A stretch of DNA of 64,000 bases from Eledone cirrhosa (lineage: Eukaryota), in contig OZ024763.1 in the NCBI GenBank assembly GCA_964016885.1, forward strand, positions 21,266,001 to 21,330,000, read 5' to 3'. This document shows, piece after piece, positions 54,510-64,000 of the stretch (position 1 is the first letter of the stretch; every line of letters starts with the position of its first letter). The notes under the pieces are model-generated. The model was not told where the DNA came from, made no database searches, and saw only the letters and a program-made list of their open reading frames with translations. Made by a program: the position numbers and the translations under genes.

Positions 54510-55470
54510 GTGCCACGCTAGACACTTTTGCTATCAGTTGTCACCATTGGTTCCTATTCTCCATCATGCATAGAAGGGTCTCAATATTATGACCAGCCTT
54601 GTCTCTGATGTTGTCAGACCAGGATTTTCTTTGCCTTTTCTTCGCCCTCCCTCAAGTGTGTTCTGAAGGATAGTTTTAGACAAGGAGTTGGGGTCTTGGT
54701 GTTGTGACTAGTCCAGTCTTTGATGTTGTCAGACTGCCCTTCACCAACTGTGCCCTGAAGGGATAGTTTTAGACAAGGAGTTGGGGTCTTGGTGTTGTGA
54801 CCAGTCCAGGGTTTGATGTTGTCAGACCAGGACTCTGCCACTTCTTCACCCTCCCTTGACTGTACCCTGAAGCATGGTTTTAGACAAGGAGTTGTGGTGG
54901 GATATATGACCATACCTGTCTTTCCACAATCTCAAAGAGGGGTTCCTGTCTTCCAGTATATTCTTAACTTGCTGCTTGACAAAGCTGTTTGTTTTGTGCT
55001 CTGTGTGTGTGTGTGATGTGTAGCAACCTTCTGAAGGGCTTGTGTGTGTGATGTGTAGCAACCTTCTGAAGGACTTGTGCTGTATGTGTGTGATGTGTAG
55101 AAACCTTCTGAAGGACTTGTGCTCCATGTATGGGATGTGTAGCAACTTTCTGAAGGACTTGTGCTCTGTGTGTGGGATGTGTAGCAACCTTCTGAAGGAC
55201 TTGTGTGTGTGATGTGTAGCAACTTTCTGAAGGACTTGTGCTCTGTGCGTGGGATGTGTAGCAACTTTCTGAAGGACTTGTGCTCTGTGTTTGTGATGTG
55301 TAGCAACCTTCTGAAGCACTTGTGCTGTGTGTGTGTGATGTGTAGCAACCTTCTGAAGGACTTGTGCTCTGTGTGTGTGATGTGTAGCAACGTTCTGAAG
55401 GACTTGTGCTTGAATGACTGGATTCTTCGTTCCATGTCAGCTGTGAGAGTTTAACCCTCACAGCCATACA
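54510..55470 (-). mobile_element. RTE LINE 3' fragment with 42-bp x about 10 array (54995-55410) and duplications of about 95 bp
   Basis: MERRIQSFKHKSFRTLLHITHTEHK...EHKTNSFV; HNSLSKTMLQGTVKG. Confidence 0.8.
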
Positions 55471-55622
55471 AAAGGATCAAAGTTTTATGTATTAGTAATT
55501 GATAAATATGGTGATGGAACCTTATCATGTGTTGATTCCAAAGATGATGTATATGTGTGTGTGTGAATTACACAGTGTGTAGATGTTCAGGAATTTATTG
55601 TGTGTGTGTGTGTGTGTGTGCC

Positions 55623-55677
<55 letters not shown>

Positions 55678-55955
55678 CTGTGTCTCTGTGTGTGTGCCTG
55701 TGTCTGTCTGTGTGTGTGTGTGTATATATATATGTGTGTGTGTGTGTGTGCCTGTGTCCGTCTGTCGTGTATGTGTGTGTATATATATAAATATGTGTGT
55801 GTATGTGTATGTATGTGTGTATGTATATGTATGCAGCCTGTTGTTATCACTGTGTGTTGTTATTTGTCTTATTTTTCCTATAATATTGATGTGTGCATAT
55901 GTATGTGTGGGTATGTTTGTATGTGTGTGTATATGGGTGTACATATATATATATA

Positions 55956-55986
<31 letters not shown>

Positions 55987-55995
55987 GTATATGGA

Positions 55996-56052
<57 letters not shown>

Positions 56053-56465
56053 GAGTGTTGTTGTTATTACCAAACCTGTATGTTAGTATTTGTCTTATTT
56101 CCCCAACAATATTGATATTGATGAAAGTAATGAACTAAGTCAATCTTTTATGCAGTAAACAATAAACACACATACACATGTGTATATATATATGTATATA
56201 TGTATATATATATGTATATATATATATGCATATATGTGTGTGCATGTTTGATGTTTACTGTATATATATATATTCACACATATATTAAATATATATTAAA
56301 TATACGTATATGCATGTGTATATGTATATATATATATATATATATGTGTGTGTAAGTGTATCGATGCTCATGCATATGGATATGTGTGAGTATATGTGTG
56401 CATTGTGAATATATCTATATATATGTGTGTGTGTATATATATATATATTTAAACGATGATGATAT

Positions 56466-57372
56466 ACACCCCGTCCCACCACCCCCACCCCCACCCCATC
56501 CACACCACCCCGTTCTATGTAAAGTTATGTTGGTGCCGCGCCATCCAGGCCGAAACAAATGAGATCGTGTAGGTGTCGCGACAAAAAAACACACAGTCCA
56601 CGCTGTAATGTGGCCGTGTAGGCAACACAGTAAAAACCTCCCAGCCCCACACTGTAAATGTGGTTGGTGTTAGGAAGGGCATCCAGCTGTAGAAAACCTG
56701 CCAGACAGTCCACGCTGTAATGTGGCCGTGTAGGCAACACGGTAAAAACCTCCCAGCCCCACACTGTAAATGTGGTTGGTGTTAGGAAGGGCATCCAACT
56801 GTAGAAAACCCGCCAGACAGTCCACGCTGTAATGTGGCCGTGTAGGCAACACAGTAAAAACCTCCCAGCCCCACACTGTAAATGTGGTTGGTGTTAGGAA
56901 GGGCATCCAGCTGTAGAAAACCCGCCAGACAGTCCACGCTGTAATGTGGCCGTGTAGGCAACACGGTAAAAACCTCCCAGCCCCACACTGTAAATGTGGT
57001 TGGTGTTAGGAAGGGCATCCAACTGTAGAAAACCCGCCAGACAGTCCACGCTGTAATGTGGCCGTGTAGGCAACACGGTAAAAACCTCCCAGCCCCACAC
57101 TGTAAATGTTGTTGGTGTTAGGAAGGGCATCCAGCTGTAGAAAACCTGCCAGACAGTCCACGCTGTAATGTGGCCGTGTAGGCAACACGGTAAAAACCTC
57201 CCAGACCCACACTGTAAATGTGGTTGGTGTTAGGAAGGGCATCCAGCTGTAGAAAACCTGCCAGACAGTCCTATGCGAGCAAGACAATCACTCTTGCCTC
57301 AAGTGGGACTACCCCCGTCCAAACCCATGCAAGCGTGGAACACGGACGTTAAACGTTGATGATGATGATGAT
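56466..57372 (+). mobile_element. RTE LINE 3' UTR with 6 x 112-bp tandem array
   Basis: Inverted homologue of 50441-51460. Confidence 0.88.
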
Positions 57373-57551
57373 ACTGACAAAGATAGCTAGATAGCGAGAA
57401 AGAGAGAGAAATGTGGGGGGGGGGGATGTAGTATTGTGTCAACTCTATGTAAGCCATACATTGTTTGAATAACAGAGAAACAGAGACTGCTCAAACCAAA
57501 TATTGAAGGAGCAGAGAATTAGATGGTCGGAAAATTAGCTCAAGAAAATAC

Positions 57552-57782
57552 TTGTTTCTACTTTAGGCACAAGGCCAGCAATTAACAGTGCATTACTGGT
57601 ACTTTATTTTATCGACCCCGTAAGGATGAAAGGCAAAGTCAACCTCTGAAAATTATTGTGTACAGTGCTCATGTGCACTACAACTCATTAAAGGTGCATG
57701 TATAGTACATAGAATAAGGGACGTAACTATGCTTGAAAGCATGGCGTCCGACCCTCTACCGATACTGCCAATCCACCGCCCT
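57552..57782 (-). mobile_element. Nin-type SINE containing a CR1 patch (57647-57717)
   Basis: aaagtcaacctc|tgaaaattattgtgtacagtgctc...agaataa|gggacgtaactatgc. Confidence 0.75.
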
Positions 57783-57857
57783 AGCTCAAGAAAATACTAA
57801 ACAGCTATTATATAAACAGTGGTAATATTTATAGCAGTAATACTAAACAGTTTGTGA

Positions 57858-58121
57858 AGGAGCATGGCTTAGTGGTTAAAGCATTGGGCTTGCATTTGGG
57901 AGGTTCTGAGTTTGATTCTGAGACTGGGTGATGTGTTCTGTCCTTGAACAAGATTCTTTATCTCAGCTGTAGAAATGAGTTGTGATGTCACTGGTGGCAA
58001 ACTGGTGGCCATTGCTTTTCTCTTGGACAACATCATATATAGAATATAATATATAATGTATGTATAATGTATGTATAACGTATATATATTGTATATATTT
58101 TTTATATATACTGTATATATA

Positions 58122-58152
<31 letters not shown>

Positions 58153-58491
58153 GTATATATATAGTATATATAATGTATATATGAGTTGTGACGTCACTGG
58201 TGCCAAGTTGTACCTGCCATTGTTTTTCCCTTGAACAATATCATGTATAGTGTATATTGAGTGTATAATGTATATATACTGAATACAAGTGTATATATAC
58301 TGTATATATATAGTGTATATTTATGATATATATACTGTATATATAGTACATATAGTGTATATATATATATATATATATATAGTATATATATATATAGTAT
58401 ATATATATATAGTATATATATATATAGTATATATATATATAGTATATATATATAGTATATATATATAGTATATATAGTATATATATATATA

Positions 58492-58571
<80 letters not shown>

Positions 58572-58584
58572 TATATATATATAG

Positions 58585-58660
<76 letters not shown>

Positions 58661-58890
58661 TATATATATATATATATATATATAGTATATATATATATAT
58701 ATAGTATATATAGTATATATATATAGTATATATATGTATATATAGTATATATAGTATATATATGTATATACATATATAATGAAGGAGTTGTGGTAAGGAA
58801 CCAGATGGACCATAACGCACCAGAGTACTCAATGCTTTGGGTAGTAGAGTGGGTGATAGAAAAAAGTATGCCGTCGGGGTCATACTTTTT

Positions 58891-58932
<42 letters not shown>

Positions 58933-59145
58933 AATATATATAGTGTAACTATGAGTTGTGACGGCACTTGTGCCAAGCTGCATCTGCCATTGCCTTTCCC
59001 TTGGACAACCTCAGTGGCATGGAGAGAGGAGAGACTGGTATATATGGGTGCCTGTTGGTCTGCCACAAACAACCTTGCCCAGGGGAACTTTCTAGGTACA
59101 AATCCCATGGTCATTCACGACCGAAGGGGGGTTCTATACCCCTTT
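57858..59145 (+). mobile_element. tRNA-head SINE split by (TA)n expansions; middle segment present three times
   Basis: ggagcatggcttagtggtt head; gagttgtga..cactggtg..aa.ctg...ttggacaac at about 57977, 58183 and 58953. Confidence 0.6.
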
Positions 59146-59184
59146 CTAAACAGTTATACAAGCAGTTGTAATGTTTATATCAGT

Positions 59185-59402
59185 AATGGTGGATTGGCAG
59201 AATTCGTAGAGCATTGGACAATATGCTTTGCAGCATAGAGTTACGGCCCTTTACGGTCTGAGTTCAAATCCAGCTGAGGTTAGCTTTGTCTTTCATCCTT
59301 TCACAGTCAATAAAATAAAGTACCGGTAACACACTGGGGTCAATTTAATTGACTTTGCCTTCCCCCCCAAAAAATTGCTAGCCTTGTGCCTAAATCAGAA
59401 AT
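59185..59402 (+). mobile_element. Nin-type SINE
   Basis: ggtggattggcag head; gagttcaaatcc B box; Nin-like domain. Confidence 0.75.
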
Positions 59403-59775
59403 CTTTATATCAGTACAACAATAATATTCATTATCTCTATCACCACCATCACCATCATCAACATCATCACCATTATCATCACCATCATCCTCATCTTTGT
59501 CACCATCATTATCACCATCACCATCACTACCATCCTCTTCATCACCATCATCACCATCACCACCACTATCACCATCATCACCACCACTATCACCATCATC
59601 ACCACCACCGTCACCATCACCGCCATCACCACCACCACCATCACCACCAACACCACCACCACCATCATTATCATCACCATACCGTGTTTAGTTCCTCAGT
59701 TAACCAACATCTGTTGGTGATTAATATTGCTTGTGAACACAACAAATATTTAGAAAATATTAATATACCTCTCAT

Positions 59776-59817
<42 letters not shown>

Positions 59818-59871
59818 GATCTAAAGAAAGAGAGAGACAGTTAGGAAGAGAGAATATTTATGTGTGTGTGC

Positions 59872-61400
59872 AAGAGGACCTGGTCGAGGAATCCCATGGA
59901 GAGGGCAGTCGAGGCTGAGGGACCTGGCATTCGCCGACGACATCACTTTGATCGCTGAAAACAGTGCAGATCTGCAGGTCCTAACAACATCCCTACAAGA
60001 GAGTGCGGAAAAGATCGGCCCGAGAATCAACACCAAAAAGACGAAGGTGATGAGAACGGCCAGCAACACAGGTCCAGTGATCAGTGTCAACCAACAGGAC
60101 CTCGAGGAAGTCAATCACTTCACCTATCTGGGCAGCATCCTGGCAAGCAGCGGTGACGCGGAGCTCGACATCAACTGCCGGATCGGCAAAGGAGCCGCAG
60201 TTTTCCAGCGGCTGTACCCTGTCTGGTCGTCTTCATGCATTAGCACCAAGACCAAGCCCCGCCTGTACAAGAGCATCGTGCTGCCGACAGTGCTTTATGT
60301 GAGCGAGACCTGGAAGAGTACAGCAAAAATAGAGAGATGGCTGAACGCTTTTCACCAGCGGTGGCTGCGAAAGATCCTTCGTGTGTCCTGGCACAACCGA
60401 GTGCGTGTCCTGGCGCAACCGAGTGCGTGTCCTGGCACAACCGAGTGCGTGTCCTGGCGCAACTGAGTGCGTGTCCTGGCGCAACCGAGTGCGTGTCCTG
60501 GCACAACCGAGTGCGTGTCCTGGCACAACCGAGTGCGTGTCCTGGCACAACCGAGTGCGTGTCCTGGCGCAACCGAGTGCGTGTCCTGGCACAACCGAGT
60601 GCGTGTCCTGGCGCAACCGAGTGCGTGTCCTGGCGCAACCGAGTGCGTGTCCTGGCGCAACCGAGTGCGTGTCCTGGCGCAACCGAGTGCGTGTCCTGGC
60701 GCAACCGAGTGCGTGTCCTGGCGCAACCGAGTGCGTGTCCTGGCGCAACCGAGTGCGTGTCCTGGCGCAACCGAGTGCGTGTCCTGGCGCAACCGAGTGC
60801 GTGTCCTGGCGCAACCGAGTGCGTGTCCTGGCGCAACCGAGTGCGTGTCCTGGCGCAACCGAGTGCGTGTCCTGGCGCAACCGAGTGCGTGTCCTGGCGC
60901 AACCGAGTGCGTGTCCTGGCGCAACCGAGTGCGTGTCCTGGCGCAACCGAGTGCGTGTCCTGGCGCAACCGAGTGCGTGTCCTGGCGCAACCGAGTGCGT
61001 GTCCTGGCGCAACCGAGTGCGTGTCCTGGCACAACCGAGTGCGTGTCCTGGCACAACCGAGTGCGTGTCCTGGCGCAACTGAGTGCGAAACGAGGAGATC
61101 CTGCGGAGAGCCGAGTCGTGGACGCTACAGAGAGTGGTCACGGAGCGTTGGTGCCGTCTCGCTGGCCGCCATATTCTGCGTCTGCCAAATGAACGGCATT
61201 CGAAAACAGCGATGAACTGGACTCCGCCTGGCGGTAAACGGAGGCGGGGGTTGGCCAAGGATCACCTGGCGACAAACATTCCGGAAGGACCTGATGGCAG
61301 CCAACATCACCTGGCACAGTCTCGAAAAAGTTGCCGCTGATCGAGTACCTAGTGCTCGATGCGCCAAACGGCGCGGAAGAATCTAAGAATAAGACTAAGT
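59872..61400 (+). mobile_element. GC-rich RTE-clade LINE 3' half interrupted by a 22-bp x 32 array (60383-61086)
   Basis: DLAFADDITL, FTYLGS, LYKSIVLPTVLYVSETW, LRKILRVSW[array]RNEEILRR. Confidence 0.9.
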
Positions 61401-61479
61401 GTGCAAGAGAGAAAGAGCATGTGCTTGTGAGAAAATGTGTGAGAAACAGATAAAGAGAGAGAGTGCATATGTGTGTATG

Positions 61480-61497
61480 TGTGTGTAGGCATGCAAC

Positions 61498-61531
<34 letters not shown>

Positions 61532-61625
61532 TGTATGTGTGTGTAGGCATGCAACAGGGAGATAGATAGATAGATAGATAGAGAGAGAGTGTATGTGTGT
61601 ATGTGTGTGTAGGCATGCAACAGGG

Positions 61626-61657
<32 letters not shown>

Positions 61658-61747
61658 TGTATGTGTGTGTAGGCATGCAACAGGGAGATAGATAGATAGA
61701 GAGAGAGAGAGTGTATGTGTGTATGTGTGTGTAGGCATGCAACAGGG

Positions 61748-61781
<34 letters not shown>

Positions 61782-62054
61782 TGTATGTGTGTGTAGGCAT
61801 GCAACAGGGAGATAGATAGATAGAGAGAGAGTGTATGTGTGTATGTGTGTGTAGGCATGCAACAGGGAGATAGATAGAGAGAGAGAGAGAGAGTGTATGT
61901 GTGTATGTGTGTGTAGGCATGCAACAGGGAGATAGATAATAGAGAGAGAGAGAGAGAGAGAGAGTGTATGTGTGTATGTGTGTGTAGGCATGCAACAGGG
62001 AGATAGATAGAGAGAGAGAGAGTGTATGTGTGTATGTGTGTGTAGGCATGCAAC

Positions 62055-62086
<32 letters not shown>

Positions 62087-62180
62087 TGTATGTGTGTATG
62101 TGTGTGTAGGCATGCAACAGGGAGATAGATAGATAGAGAGAGAGTGTATGTGTGTATGTGTGTGTAGGCATGCAACAGGG

Positions 62181-62212
<32 letters not shown>

Positions 62213-62240
62213 TGTATGTGTGTGTAGGCATGCAACAGGG

Positions 62241-62272
<32 letters not shown>

Positions 62273-62603
62273 TGTATGTGTGTGTAGGCATGCAACAGGG
62301 AGATAGATAGATAGAGAGAGAGAGAGTGTATGTGTGTATGTGTGTGTAGGCATGCAACAGGGAGATAGATAGAGAGAGAGAGAGAGAGTGTATGTGTGTG
62401 TAGGCATGCAACAGGGAGATAGATAGAGAGAGAGAGAGAGAGAGTGTATGTGTGTATGTGTGTGTAGGCATGCAACAGGGAGATAGATAATAGAGAGAGA
62501 GAGAGAGAGAGAGAGTGTATGTGTGTATGTGTGTGTAGGCATGCAACAGGGAGATAGATAGAGAGAGAGAGTGTATGTGTGTATGTGTGTGTAGGCATGC
62601 AAC

Positions 62604-62637
<34 letters not shown>

Positions 62638-62640
62638 TGT
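61480..62640 (+). repeat. Compound minisatellite of about 60 bp (about 19 units) with variable GA/GATA/GT tracts
   Basis: Constant core aggcatgcaacagggagatagata. Confidence 0.92.
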
Positions 62641-62959
62641 ATGTGTGTGTGTGTGTTGGAATGCAAAAGGGAGATAGGGAGAAAAAAAGAGAGCCTATGT
62701 GTTTGTGTGTAAGTGAGCATGTAAGAATGAGAGGGAGAAAAAACGAGTGTTTAAATGTGTATGTATGTGTGTATGTGTTTATATGTATGTATATGTGTAT
62801 ATGTATATGTGTTTATGTATGTCTGTGTTTATATGTATGTATGTGTGTATATATATATGTTTATGTGTATATATGTGTGTATGTGTATGTGTGTGTATGT
62901 ATGTGTGTGTGTCTATGTATGTGTATGTATGTGTGTGTGTGTATATATGTATGTGTGTA

Positions 62960-62990
<31 letters not shown>

Positions 62991-63700
62991 ATGTCTATAT
63001 ATGTGTATGTATGTATGTATGTATGTGTGTCTATGTATGTGTGTATGTATGTGTGTGCATGTATGTATGTGTGTGTATGTATGTGTGTGTATGTATGTGT
63101 GTGTATGTATGTGTGTGTATGTATATATGTGTGTGTATATATATATATATGTGTGTATGTTTGTATGTGTGTGTCTGTATGTATGTATGTGTCTGTATGT
63201 ATGTAAGTATATATATGTGTATAAGTGTGTATGCATGTATGTATGTATGTGTGTGTGTGTGTATATGTACGTGTGTGTTACGGAAGAAAGGTGAGATGGA
63301 GGGAAGGTGAGTGAAATGGTTTGAAGGTAGAAATGTAATGAAGCATACAATGATAATTCCAACATCTCCATACCATATTAAAAAATATTTTGTAATATTA
63401 TCCCGTGTGTTAATCTTTTGGGTTCAAATCTTGTTATTGGGGTAGGGTGTGGTGGTGGTAATAGTTTTACATTCAATTCATGGTAGATTGTGATGGGAAG
63501 ACTCATTATCATCATGTGTGACCCCACTCAAACATTTCTGACAGAGTTTCTCTCAATGATTCATGATTTTTTATTTATAGTTTCTGGCAACAGCTTCTTA
63601 CTGAGGTTTGTATCTTCTGAAAGTTAATCAATGAATATTTAAACAGGTCTTCCTATACTGTGTTTCTCATCAGTTGGTTCCCACAATATCATGTATATAG

Positions 63701-64000
63701 TGTAGGTGTCATGATAAAATGTGCCCAGTCCACACTGTACAGTGGTCATGTAGGTGTCACGACAAAATGTGCCCAGTCCACATTGTAAAGTAGTCATGTA
63801 GGTGTCACGATAAAATGTGCCCAGTCCACATTGTAAAGTAGTCATGTAGGTGTCACGATAAAATGTGCCCAGTCCACATTGTAAAGTAGTCATGTAGGTG
63901 TCACGATAAAATGTGCCCAGTCCACATTGTAAAGTAGTCGTGTAGGTGTCACGATAAAATGTGCCCAGTCCACATTGTAAAATGGTCGTGTAGGTGTCAC
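63701..64000 (+). repeat. 48-bp tandem array derived from the RTE 3' UTR, running off the window
   Basis: tgtaggtgtcacgataaaatgtgcccagtccacattgtaaagtagtca; compare 38614-38660. Confidence 0.85.

Noticed and set aside
59441-59680. Poly-His protein
   Set aside because: A (CAC/CAT)n microsatellite with no coding context
60233-61258. Six-frame open repeat proteins
   Set aside because: A GC-rich 22-bp array inside a LINE with few stop codons
61480-62640. Constant repeat with variable spacers resembling CRISPR
   Set aside because: The spacers are just length-variable GA/GT microsatellites

Overview
Repeat-dominated animal genomic DNA, probably intronic or intergenic. The SINE/LINE types and the huge (TA)n/(CA)n/(CAT)n load suggest a cephalopod such as an octopus (inference). 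No intact host gene is recognisable, and nearly all long ORFs in the track are microsatellite artefacts. Content: fragments of several RTE-clade LINEs, CR1 and CRE-like 3' ends, tRNA-derived SINEs that share tails with local LINEs, Tc1/mariner and piggyBac-like MITEs, and many tandem arrays seeded inside TEs. The most notable signal is at least five unrelated short-element families carrying type I hammerhead-ribozyme-like folds, plus a sixth that keeps only the 3' half. These include U3-A8 and U4A core variants and palindromic stem III sequences, and most sit in fold-back (inverted) structures next to (TA)n tracts, as expected for Penelope-like pseudo-LTR derivatives. All folds were assigned by eye, none is shown to be active, and coordinates are approximate to a few bases.
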